NCBI RefSeq assembly: GCF_006345805.1
Contig: NC_042997.1
Location: forward strand, 92,938,001 to 93,002,000
Length of the DNA: 64,000 nucleotides
Source: Octopus sinensis
Taxonomy: Eukaryota
Direction of reading: 5' to 3'
Shown: piece by piece, positions 39,081 to 51,828 of the stretch
How the letters are laid out: every line of letters starts with the position of its first letter
How positions within the stretch are numbered: position 1 is the stretch's first letter
Position numbers and translations under genes: made by a program
Notes under the pieces: generated by a model
The model's database searches: none
What the model saw: only the letters and a program-made list of their open reading frames with translations
Told to the model about the DNA's origin: nothing

Positions 39081-39551
39081 AAACAAAGATAAATGCGATA
39101 CAATAAAATTAATTATAATCGCCGGTATCAGTACACGTCATATATTATTCATATATCATTACATTCAAGGCGAAGAGTGAACTAGATACACAATAGCTGG
39201 ATAAATTTAGTGAGATGAAAATTAAAAACTTTTACAAACTTAGCTTTTCTTATACTGCAGTTTCGCCAAATTCAGTAATAAAAATAATATTTATTTACTC
39301 AGGCTGGCTCTTCAGTAAGATTCCTGTTAATGATGGGAAGACCATATTAATAGACCCATGTGCGTCTATTGAAATGCTCTTTCTAAACTATTCAAAACAC
39401 TGCGCAGACTCAGAACAAACCCGACAAAATAGGGGATTGTGGTATATCGTCTAACGGTCAGAAATTTATCGAGAGAATATGTAAACAAAGATAAATGCGA
39501 TACAATAAAATTAATTATAATCGCCGGTGTATCAGTACACGCCATATATTA

Positions 39552-39560
<9 letters not shown>
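39081..39560 (-). mobile_element. Terminally redundant 402-bp non-coding unit with one hammerhead (retrozyme/pLTR-like)
   Basis: ~76-bp direct repeats at 39081-39156 and 39483-39560. (TA)n on both sides. Hammerhead at 39248-39320. Confidence 0.7.
39248..39320 (-). ncRNA. Type I hammerhead ribozyme
   Basis: Minus strand TCTTA-CTGAAGA-GCCA(36 nt)TGGC-GAAA-CTGCAG-TA-TAAGA: canonical core, G10.1-C11.1 pair, palindromic ACTGCAGT stem III, GUA triplet. Confidence 0.78.
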
Positions 39561-39610
<50 letters not shown>

Positions 39611-40190
39611 TATATATACACATACATACATACATACATACATACATACATACATACATACATACATACATACATACATACAAACATACATACATGCATA
39701 TATACATACATATAAACATACTGGTGTACACAAATAGATTCATGCAAAGAATTATGCTGCGCGCACACACACACGCACACGCAGATATACACGCACACTC
39801 ATGCACACACACATACATCCACGTATATATCTGTGTATATATGTATATTTACATATATTACCCTTTTTGTATATATGTGTATATATACATATATGTGTGC
39901 GTATGCATGTGTGTGTATGAGTGTGTGTATGTGAGTGTGTGTGTGTATGCATGTGTACATACTGGTATACACAAATAGATTCATGCAAAGAATTAGGCTG
40001 CGCACACACACACGCACACACAGATATACACTCACACTCATGCACACACACATACATCCACGTATATATCTGTGTATATAAGTATAATTTACATATATTA
40101 TTCTTTTTGTATATATGTGTATATATACATATATGTGTGCGTATGCATGTGTGTGTATGCATGTATACGTGCATGCGACTATGTGTGCGC
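39561..40190. repeat. Compound microsatellite with a ~230-bp tandem duplication
   Basis: The block starting CATACTGGT(G/A)TACACAAATAGATTCATGCAAAGAATT occurs at about 39718 and 39958. Confidence 0.85.
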
Positions 40191-40581
40191 GTGCGAAATT
40201 TATTTAAGAATCATTCGTCTTGTTCAAAGGGTTTTTAATTGTTCTATATTGGTTATTATGACAATATCTTTGATCCAGAAAATACTTTGATTTTCATGAA
40301 ATTTTTTCTCTCTCTACCTTTGGTGGTGACAAAAGACTGTATTGGTGGGTTATGAGACAAACCCAAACATCTAAAAACAAGCATAAAGTTAGAGTTCTCT
40401 TTACATAATTTTTTTGGTTTGCAGAGTTGTTTTATGCATCTTCAAGTTTTTGAACACCCGCTGTAACGTACTCCTTCTCACTTAAAATGTGTGTGAGGAT
40501 GCGTGACAAACGTTTGACACTTCGCCGACAAAAGATTGGAGTGTTGGGTACGTAGAACGAAGAAATGCTGCCACTTCTATA

Positions 40582-41102
40582 CCGTAAATCCTCGAGTATA
40601 ATCCGCATTTTTTCCCCAAAATTTAAAGGTCAAAATCCCTAGTGCGTACTATATACGAGGTTAAAAATGAAAAATATTTTCTAAGCAATGTCCGAGTCTC
40701 TATTTGCTGTCTGGCAATGTTTATTCAGACGCATTTTGTCCTGTCGGGCGGAAAATACCTTAAGCTAAGCCTGAAAGCAATGAAGTTGTAAAAGAGTCAT
40801 CCATAACTTACAGTAAGCAACATTTATTAAACGTTATTACTATTATTACTGTTACTTCTTTATTTTCTGCAAACAAAATGCACAAAAAAGCCACACGTTT
40901 GCATTATGTTATATATACAATAATAATAAAGGACGTTACCGTATACATTTTTACAAACCAAGGACGTTATATAGACCTCCTTGACTCAAGTTAGAGAAGG
41001 GGTGCGTATTATACACAAGGCTTAGGTTTTTCAGAGGTACAGCCCCCCTAAAAGTCCCCTGCGTATTATACTCAAGGGCGGACTATACTCGGGGATTTAC
41101 GG
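40582..41102. mobile_element. Tc1/pogo-type MITE
   Basis: TIRs CCGTAAATCCTCGAGTATAATCCGC / GCGGACTATACTCGGGGATTTACGG, with TA on both sides. Confidence 0.85.
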
Positions 41103-42486
41103 TAGATTCATACGCATGGACGGTGAAGTATGGGTAGGAGCAGTAGTGGTTATCTGATCCCTGATGTGATTGCATCTCTTGTGGAAGTGTTGCATAGGCA
41201 CTTACGACCATGGACTTCCTTGATTAATGATGGTTGAAGATGCTTGAAGCCGCAGACGGCAGTCATTCCTTTGCAGTGGTCAAAATATTAAACTTTGCGA
41301 TAGCGTAATACGACTACCTGTCTAGATTCAGGCGCATGGGAGCTGTGTTCTTTGCGGGAGTACGATCATCCCTCTCATGCCAATGAAAACCAATGGCCAT
41401 GAGTATTTCACTCTCAAAAACAAATACAGACTGAATGATGAAAGGAAAATTACGAAGTGGGAGAAACTGGAAGAAGGAAAAGAAAGGTAAGCAAACTGCA
41501 ACAAATTTACTAAAACCTTCAGTCACTAATAAAGTAAAATAAACTCTTCAATAACCTTCATATAGCACCATATTTGCAAGCGCATCCTCATATGTCTTCA
41601 GTCTGTGCACAGGAGCATCACGTTTCTAGATGTGTACAATACTTAATTTCTGGTCTCACTTGAGCGTAAACAGAGTACCAATAATTGTAGATAGATGAAG
41701 TTTCTTGTGGCTCTAAAGGGAAATAACATCGGGGCAAATCACTGAAGGGCAAATCACTGAAATCATTCACAAATTTGTCTTTTTCAATTAACGTAGCACA
41801 CATCAAAAGGAAGTCGTGACATAGAAACTTACGTAAAAAATTTCACTCAGGAAAATGTTGACAGACATGCATTCTGAGATCTATTAAATACAGTTCAACA
41901 TACCAGTATTGATTTACTAAATTGTATTGTTCCCAACAGCTGATGATAAGCTTGTAAAATCTCTATAATTTTAGAATGATTTTGTAAATTTTCTTTATAA
42001 ATAGCAACACAGAATGCTAACTCAGAATAGACACTCATTCAGATAAGTTATTTTTATTGTGACTACAAAAACCCATTTCCTTTTTACTCCAAACAGCTGA
42101 TCTTCTAAGTAGTCTTTTTTTATTTTATTTTATTTTTATTTTCAATTATCTCTGTACATGTTAAACAGTAAGTGATTTCTGCTTGCCAAGCGCTATTCTA
42201 CATGCTTTTCCAAATTATTTAATTTAAAATTAACGTTTGTAATCGAATCACTGACTTAACATGGTACGTGATTGCACTACACTGGTTATTTAGATTGTCA
42301 TATCACTTAGTTCAGTTCCACATGGATTTTCGTGTTTTTACAAATAGTAAACTTCACCCAACAATATCATCTATTACTAAAAATACTTTCTTGTTTGTAA
42401 GATTCATGAAGTTCAGAGTTAAATTTTCTAAATTTTTCTTTATTTCTTCAAGTTTAATGTTAGAAAAGGTCTTCCACTATCTACTA

Positions 42487-42700
42487 CCGTATATGCCGGT
42501 GTATAAGACACACCTTTTTATTCTGAAATGTAGCAAAATATTGCCACACGTGTAATGTGACCGTATTACGAGTGAATGACGAAACATATTAAATTCTAAA
42601 TTCGTCTCTCTTTTTTTTTCCCCACAAAATATACTTTTTCTCACACAAAAAGTAGGGATTGTTTTATGCGAAAGTGCGTCTTATACGCTGGCAAATACCG
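42487..42700. mobile_element. Tc1/pogo-type MITE
   Basis: TIRs CCGTATATGCCGGTGTATAAGACACAC / GTGCGTCTTATACGCTGGCAAATACCG, with TA flanks. Confidence 0.7.
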
Positions 42701-43479
42701 TATGCGTTTTATTGAAACAATGTAAACTAAGTAATCTGTCGCTTAACGCACTAAAAAACTTTACAGACATGACTGGTTGTTATATGTATTGAAAATAGTG
42801 AAAGCAAAAAAAGAGTGAAGTCATGTTAGGCATTCATTTATAAACTACCTACAAATCAAGCAAATAGCTTTAAACATCAATAAAGTAAACTAAAATACTG
42901 AAACAAAACACACTAATTAGTTGCTGATCGGCAGCTGAATCCCAAGGCAAGAGTCAGGTGATTCGCTTCTAGCTTATCTTTCAGCTTGGTTGGGCTGCAA
43001 GCAAGATCCCATAATGTATGCATTAAGCTGTCGACTGGGGTTGGAGAAAGCTCTGATTGTGCATGCGTTAAAGTTTCTGTTGTACACGTGCTAGGTATTC
43101 CAATACAAGAAAAATGTATTTTTTTATATCTTCGGATAGATCTTTTTGTTTTTTACACGAAAATCTGAGGTATATATTGCTTGCCTTGAATTCATGGAGG
43201 AAATAACAATCACACACGTATGTACGTACGTGCATACATACATACATACATACATACATACATACATACATACATACATACATACATACATACATAAGTT
43301 TTGAGATTTTTAGGAGAGGCAGTTCTAGGTTATTGTTCTAGGTTATTGTAATTCTAGCATACCATTACTATAACCTAATAAGCTGACCTGACAATTTTTG
43401 ATATCCCAGATTGAAGAAGACAGCTGTAACAACACTTTGAACATACCCTACTAAATACTGCTTGTCACGGCTGACCAGA

Positions 43480-43800
43480 AGAATGCAGTCAGGACCTGAA
43501 GTTGATTTCGAAGCTCCTTATGCAATAATTTCTTTGTGTTAAACGGGGCAAAAATGCTGCAGAGACTTATGAAATACACCTGATTGCAAATGGATTAACC
43601 TGTATGAGTCGAACATCAGCCTTTCGCTGGCACAAGAGGCCAGCCAAAGCAAGTCCACCGGGAAACTCATGAGGATTTCCTTTTTCAACAGCAATGGTAT
43701 CTTCTGCATCCACAAGGCTCCTTCTGGCCAGACGGTCAACGAAGAGTATTTTGTGGGGATGTTGAGGGATTTCAAGAAGAGATTTCGTCACAAGAATTTA
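43480..43800 (+). mobile_element. Mariner transposase remnant, internally deleted
   Basis: KNAAETY...CMSRTSAFRWHKR joined to KASQSKSTGKLM...SGQTVNEEYFVGMLRDFKKRFRHK. Confidence 0.75.
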
Positions 43801-44048
43801 GAGTACCTGCGGAATGATGTAAAACGTAAGGCAGATATGGTTTTATAAATTTGTGTTTCAATCAGGAAGTTGATTGGTACACAAGTTAACGGAAAACTGA
43901 AGGGTGGCATAAACTCTAGCTTCGCTAGTGAATGACAAGACCTAAGAGAGGAGTTGCCTTAAAGACAGCCCGGAGTTAAGAACAGCAGAGAAAATTCATC
44001 GATGGCCTATTCTCCGTAGGGAGAGAAGGGATTAGGTAAATAAATAAT

Positions 44049-44450
44049 CCTTTCTACTAAAGACACAAGGCCTGAAATTTGGTGGGAGGGGACTAGTTGA
44101 TTACATCAACTCTAGTGTTTCACTGGTACTTAATTTATCGACCCCGAATAGATGAAAGGCAAAGTCGACCTCGGCGGCAATTAAATTCAGAACGTAGCGG
44201 CAGACGAAATACCTATTTCTTTACTACCCACAAGGGGCTAAACACAGAGAGGACAAACAAGGACAGACAAACGTATTAAGTCGATTATATCGACCCCAGT
44301 GCGTAACTGGTACTTAATTTATCGACCCCGAAAGGATGAAAGGCAAAGTCGACCTCGGCGGAATTTGAACTCAGAACGTAACGGCAGACGAAATACCGCT
44401 AAGCATTTCGCCCGGCGTGCTAACGTTTCTGCCAGCTCGTCGCCTTATAA
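44049..44450 (-). mobile_element. SINE family C dimer (184-bp period)
   Basis: GAAATACC at 44206 and 44390. Flanks GTAAATAAATAAT / GTAAGTAAATAAT form a putative 13-bp TSD. Confidence 0.8.
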
Positions 44451-44882
44451 GTAAGTAAATAATGAACGCATGTATATAATAATATATGTTTGTGTGCGTA
44501 TGAGTGTGTGTGATGGGTTTCTGTAGAGATTCCGTTTCCCAAATTCACTCACAGAGTATTGAATGGCTGAACGAGGCGACAGTAAAAGATATTTAATCAT
44601 ATGTCCCCCAGTGGGTTTAACCCGAAACCGAATAGTTGTGAAGCGAACTTCTGTATCACACTGTCATGCTTTTTCATACTGATGAATATAAAAAGTTAAT
44701 TATTTCCGATTGGTTATAAAAATGCAATTTTAATGCATCAAATTCAACGCATGTACTATCTGGTAACGCTATCAATCCCTCGTGACCTGGGTTTAGCTCC
44801 GTAATTCATTCGTGCTTGGACGTAGCAGCTATTTTGTCCTCTTTCAATGTCATTCATTGAAGAGTAAGAAGTGAGCACGCGA

Positions 44883-45286
44883 AGGCGTCGAGCTGGCAGA
44901 AACGTTAGCACGCCGGGCGAAATGCTTAGCGGTATTTCGTCTGTCGTTACGTTCTGAGTTCAAATTCCGCCGAGGTCGACTTTGCCTTTCATCCTTTCGG
45001 AGTCGATTAAATAAGTACCAGTTACGCACTGGGGTCAATGTAATCGACTTAATCCGTTCGTCTGTCCTTGTTTGTCCCCTCTGTGTTTAGCCCCTTGTAG
45101 GTAGTAAAGAAATAGGTATTTCGTCTGCCATTACGTTCTGAATTCGAATTCCGCCGAGGTCGACTTTGCTTCGAGGTCGATTAGATAAGTACCAGTTACG
45201 CACTGGAGTTGATGTAATCGACTGAATCCGTTTGTCTGTCCTTGTTTGTCACCTCTATGTTTAGCCCCTTGAGGGCAATAAAGAAA
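44883..45286 (+). mobile_element. SINE family C dimer (184-bp period, second unit internally deleted)
   Basis: GGTATTTCG at 44931 and 45115. 18-bp TSD TAAGAAGTG(A/C)GCACGCGA. Confidence 0.82.
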
Positions 45287-46887
45287 TAAGAAGTGCGCAC
45301 GCGAGTTATATGGCATGTGGTTGGTTGCTTCTAATGATTATTCTAATACCAAGAAACATATTTCGTACCAGCATATAGCATAACAATAATGAATGTGTGT
45401 GTGTGTATGTGTGTGTGTTTACGTCTGTATGTATAAATATATACATACGTAAATATTATTTTCGCTGTCAAAATATCGTTTTACTTATTGTTCCAGAGTG
45501 ATAAAGCATTTCGTAAGAACGTATGTATATGTTATAGACCTATGTGTGTGCGTGTGTTTGTGTGTATGTGTGTGTGTGTTTCTGTTGTATTCGTGTGTGC
45601 GTGTGTGCGCACGCGTGCGCGCATGCGTGTAGGATTCCGACTGCATTTGGCAATAAGCACTGGATAGAATAGAGGAGCATTGTTATTAGTGCTTGTTGCT
45701 TTACGTTAGACTTGGTGCATTATCCTCCACTAAAGTACACACCACATATATACGTAATAAGATGCTATCTCTCTAAACATGTGAATAGTATTTCAACATT
45801 TGTCTTATTTGAATTAAGGCGTTAAACTCGATAGGCAAAATCCTGTATTTGTTAGCAATGTCTGACCTAAGGGGAAAAGAATAATAGTCAGACAATAAGA
45901 AAACAATTGATTTCATTTCCGCCCTTCAGCCCCGCAGTACTTAAAACTGCTGAAAGGAAGAGGCATTGTAAAGAAATCCGTTTGTACTGCAGTGGCTTTC
46001 TATTTTTTTTAATTATGATACCCTTTAGTTATTTAATCATCAAACAGTACTTGTATTTTTCTATGCTGTTCAAATACATGCCATTGACTACTTTTGAGTC
46101 ATTTCTCCTAGTTCATTACTTAAATTATGCAAAATACCAAGGTCATAAATATGCTCTACATAGGTTGGACAGCTATTATACTGATGACGCCTAATCCATG
46201 ACTCCTCTTCCCTTCAGAGAATAAGTCTTCATAGCATGACAACACTGGAGAAAATCTTGAGATCATCTCCCCCTTTTCATATGGAGCTGGTTTTAATTGT
46301 TATTTGGTAGTTATGGGGTGGAAATAATTTCAATAAATCAAGAATTTATATCGTTTAATACTTGACATACTTGTTGTTAACCTGGCAGAATCGTTAGCGC
46401 GTCGAACAAAATACTTAACGACATTTCTACCGGTTCTTTATGTCCAGAGCTCAAATTCCGCCGAGGTCAACTTTGCCTTTCATCCTTTCGTATTCGATAG
46501 AATAAAGTACCCACCAATTACTGGGGTCGATGTAATCACCTTGCCCCTCCCCTCAAAATTGCTGGCCTTATGCCAAATTTAGAATAAGATGCCTCGTTGT
46601 TAGGTGTTGCAATCACGATCACAAGATTGGGTGGTGCGTTGTGTTCTTGAACAAAACACTTTATCTCGCGTTGCACTGCGATCACTCGACACCTGGCATA
46701 TCGTACACAGTACACCTGTTCAGACAATGTTTATTTAATGGAGAGAGTGAGCTAATATAGTACATACATTTGATTCCTATAAATAAATCATTTATGCAAG
46801 TCATTCGGAAAAAGCTGAACACTCATACGTCATCTTCGGCGGGAGAGAGTCCATTACTATTATTATTATTGTTGTTGTTGTTGTTGT

Positions 46888-48010
46888 TGAGTGAGGGAGC
46901 AGTGCATGCCATCAAAGTGACACTGGGGTAAAATATGCGAAACCCAGTATACCCATCATGACTACCTGTCTGATAAGGGTACACCAGGCACATGCATCAT
47001 AACCATATGTGCGCGACATGGTGATTTCATATCAAGATAAACAGCGCATGACCTTGCAGGTGGGGCCCAGTTAGAATTTTATTCTGGTCGAGTACCCCAT
47101 CCCGCTCAAAAGGTCCCTGAATAAGGATTGTTTAAGGATGTTGAACGAACCACCCATGTTTCCAAAGGTGAATTATCCAAACCTCTAAGAATTCCTCTCA
47201 ACACATGGCTACGATACTCCCCCACTACTTCTGCTCGTGATCAGAGATGCACATATCGTCAGCCACTAAGGGACATGGTGAATTGGTTAAGATCAAACAA
47301 CTGACAAGCAAATCTGTGGTATTGAACAGAATATTTGCTGTAGCCCATCTTTTATACCAAGACAAAACAATGTACATGATAACACTTCCAATCAGTTAAG
47401 ATCAGGAGCCATGAGACCCACTGTCTAGTACTGCATCAGGGCATTTATTATTATTATTATTGAGTGAGCGAGCAGAGCATGCCATCAAAGTGACACTGGG
47501 GTAAAATATACGAAGCCCAGTATACCCATCATGACTACCCGTCTGATAAGGGTACACCAGGCACATGCATCACAACCATATGTGCGCGACATGGTGATCT
47601 CATATCAAGATAAACAGCACATGACCTTGCAGCTGGAGCCCAGTTAGAATTTTCTTCAGATCGAGTAACCCATCCCGCTCAAAAGGTCCTTGAATAAGGG
47701 TTGTTTAAGGACGTTGAACGAAACACCCATGTTTCCAGAGGTGAATTATTCAAACCCCAAAGAATCCTTCTCAACACATGGCTATGATGCTCCCCCACTA
47801 CTTCTGCTCGTGATCAGAGATGCACATATCGTCAGCCACTAAGGGACATGCTCAACTGGTTAAGGTCAAACAACTGACAAGCAAATCTGTGGTATTGAGC
47901 AGAATATTTGCTGTAGCCCATCTTTTATACCAAGACAAAACAATGTACATGATAACACTTCCAATCAGTTAAGATCAGAAGCCATGAGAGCCACTGCCTG
48001 GTACCGCATC
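46888..48010 (-). mobile_element. Two tandem copies of a ~555-bp non-coding element embedded in (TAA)n
   Basis: 46888-47443 and 47461-48010 are homologous and diverged. (TTA)n lies before, between and after them. Confidence 0.85.
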
Positions 48011-48063
<53 letters not shown>

Positions 48064-48075
48064 TTATTATTATTA

Positions 48076-48125
<50 letters not shown>

Positions 48126-49214
48126 TTGATCTGTACGCTTGTTACAATCACATGCTGAGACACATCTAGCGTGCTAGGGCGAGTGAAGGATAAGAGACGT
48201 TACAGTATGACTGAAAGCGTGGGCAGGGGAAGTGGCAGGGGCAGTAGCGAAATATCTTCATGCAATACAACACAGACATTTAAATTGATAGGGTTTTTCT
48301 AAGGATGTGGGCAGTACTTGTCAACACAATATTAGTGATATTGCGAACATGAAGAAAACATTGCGAGCAAGATGTGACAACTGCTTCACTATTATATATT
48401 TGTAGTTTAGTTTATTTCTAGTAGAATTTTCGATATAAATCTTTATGTACGACATGCCTACCACTATACACACACACAGGTGGGCATACCTGTTTTATTT
48501 ATATATGAAACTGCTATTAAGTTGACATTTGATACATCTTCTAAGCAGGTCATCGACCTTAATACCAATGGTCGCAGTTTTCATGCCTATGTCAGGCGGC
48601 CATAATGTCATTTGAATTGCTGACAACAGACGATAGATTTTTATACAAAACTTAGCTGTAAATATTTAATGTCTGCTCAGAATATATCTATGCTCAGTCA
48701 TTCAATTATCCGTAGTGAATTGCTCAATACATAAAGCAAGCATACCTCAGATTAAGAATGTAAATGGTTCCAACACACACAACTTAACTCGAGAAATGAC
48801 GTAACACGAAAAAGCATTAAAATTTTTTTAAAAACTTGTATCAGTTTTAATAAATGCTTTGTATATATTTTTCACATGTATTTTCTATAATATTCCACTT
48901 TAGTATTGACTTTTAGGTGTCTTGTAAATTTTTATGCCTTGGAATATATTCGTTGAGACTGAAGGTTTTTTTTTCCATTAGTTTTTTTTTTTTTTTTTAA
49001 ATACGACCTGAAGTCGAAAAGGACGTAACTCGAAAGAACGTAAGTTAAGATATGCCTGTATAATATCAGTTACTGACACGAGAAGGTCATATACTGTAGG
49101 TAGAGGAGAATTGCTCTCAATATATGACTAGTATTATTCTGCTTCATCGGTGACAGGAAATGATGAAAGGCACAGTTGATCTCAGGGGGATTTGAAATCC
49201 GAACGCAAAACGAG

Positions 49215-49630
49215 GGGCATAACTAAATACCTATTTCTTTATTGCCCACATGGGGCTAAACACAGAGAGGACAAACAAGGACAGACAAACGGATTAAGTC
49301 GATTACATTGACCCCCGAAAGGATGAAAGGCAAAGTCGACCTCGGCGGAATTTGAACTCAGAACGTAACGACAGAGGAAATACCTATTTCTTTACTACCT
49401 ACAAGGGGCTAAACACAGAGAGGACAAACAAGGACAGACAAACGGATTAAGTCGATTACATCGACCCCAGTGCGTAACTGGTACTTAATTTATCGACCCC
49501 GAAAGGATGAAAGGCAAAGTCGTCCTCGGCAGAATTTGAACTCAGAACGTAACGGCGATGAAGCAGAATAATAACTGGTACTTATTTAATCGACCCCGAA
49601 AAGATGAAAGGCAAAGTCAACCTCGGCGAG
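49215..49630 (-). mobile_element. SINE family C multimer (2 units plus partial), headless
   Basis: Repeated GAAAGGATGAAAGGCAAAGTCGACCTCGGCGGAATTTGAACTCAGAACG blocks with AAATACCTATTTC junctions. Confidence 0.8.
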
Positions 49631-50329
49631 TGCGGGACAGTGCACGCAAGCGTAAACAAACACACAAACTCGCCAGTGCGCGGTCACACTCTAGCAAGCA
49701 TGCAGAGAGAGAGAGAGAGAGAGAGAGAAACAGACAGACAGAAACAGACAGACAGACAGAGACAGACAGACAGAGACAGAGACAGAGAGAGGGAGAGGGA
49801 GAGGGAGAGAGAGAGGGAGAGAGGGAGAGAGGGAGAGAGAGAGAAGCAGATACACACCTGTAGACACAGAAATAACGCAAGCACATTACACACGCGCGCG
49901 CAAACATACACACACATAACAACAACAACAATAACACACACACGCATGCACTCACACTTTACAACGCTTCTGCAAAGAAACGCTCATTCAATACTTGTGC
50001 TACTTACACATGCATGTGTGTATACATTACGTATGCATATATATATATATATACATGTATACATTTAGATTTGCATGCCAACAAGTTTGTGTATATATGC
50101 ACTCGTTCATTTTATTACATTTCGTATACACTTCCTTTCGTCTTCCTTCATTGTGTTTTACACTATCACCCGCCTCTCTCTCTCTCTTTCTCTCACTCAC
50201 TCACTCTCTCTCTCTCTCTCTCTTGCACATACTCCCCCCCTCGCTCTCTCTCTCTCTCACGCTGTCACTGTGTGTGTGTGTGTTTCTCTTGTCACTGTCA
50301 ATCTTTCTACTTCTAGCAGTCCACTGCTG

Positions 50330-51796
50330 TATGTATGTGAGTATATATGTATTTGTGTATATATGTATGTATGTATATGTATACATATATATGTATGTGT
50401 GTGTATGTTTGTGTATATATTCATGTGTATATATGTGTCTGGGTGTGTATGTATATGTATGTATGTGTGTATATATGTATGTATGTATATGTATGTATGT
50501 GTGTATATATGTATGTATGTATATGTATGTATGTATATGTATGTATGTATATGTATGTATGTATGTATGTGTGTATATATGTATGTTTATATGTGAATAT
50601 GTAAATATGTGTATGCATGTATATATGTATGTATGTGTGTATATATGTATGTTTATATGTGAATATGTATGTTTGTACAGTTTTATTTCAAGGTATGTAT
50701 GTATGTATGTATGTGTGGAACCACCTCTTAGGGACTATTTTTCCCAGATCTACACCGGCCCGGAGTAGTAGTAGCTGTCAAGACCCCCAGTTATGGGTTA
50801 ACTAGCATAGGCGATGACAATCCATCTGAACGTGGGGATAATACCCTTGGTTTGTGTCAGGGCCTGAGAGTCCTAGCTGTTGTCGCGGAATCCTTCTAGA
50901 AGAGGGATACTGATATAAAACTTGCGGTTTCACATGATTACTGGTCACTTCGCTTTGGTCTGTCGCTAGGCACTAATCACAGAGACCGAGAGAGAGCGAG
51001 CTAGAGAGAAAGAGACAGAGAGACAGAGAGAGCGAGAGACAGAGATTCGTGTTGCACAACTATAATCACTATAATTTTATCACTATAATCCAATGACGTA
51101 CAGATGTCTCTTTATGAAGATTTCCTTTATCATTCCATCTTCTGAAAGTCCTACGGCGATGGAAAAGTGGTGACGTGTGCAAACCTCACCTGTTGTTGGA
51201 AGCGCTCTGTAAATTGTACGTTTCGCCTGTCATCTATGCTTCCAAACCATGCAGATCTGCAACGGGAATAAATAGTCACCTGAGTGGCCATGGATGGAAA
51301 GTCAGAATTGCCATTCACAATGAGGAAGCACAAAGAGATAGTAATCGTCTGTGAAGATGGAGCAATCATGTATGTATGTATGTATGTATGTATGTATGTA
51401 TGTATGTATGTATGTATGTATGTATGTATGTGTGTGTGTGTTACGTATGTATGCTACGTATGTATGTATTACGTATGTATATATGCATGCTTGTATGCAT
51501 GTGTGTATGTATATGTATGAATGCATGTTTGCTTATGCATACATGCATGCAAGTATACTTGCATGTATGCGTATATGTTCGTATGCATGTATATATGTGT
51601 ATGCATGCTTGTATGTGTGCATGTATGAACGTGCATATGCATGTATGTGTACTTGTGTATGCATATATATGTATGCATATATGTGTGTTTATGTATATAT
51701 TGTGCTACGCATGCATGCTTGCATATGCCTGAATGCTTGAATGTATGCACGCATTCATGCATACTTGCATGGGTGAATGCATGATGTTTATATGTG

Positions 51797-51828
<32 letters not shown>

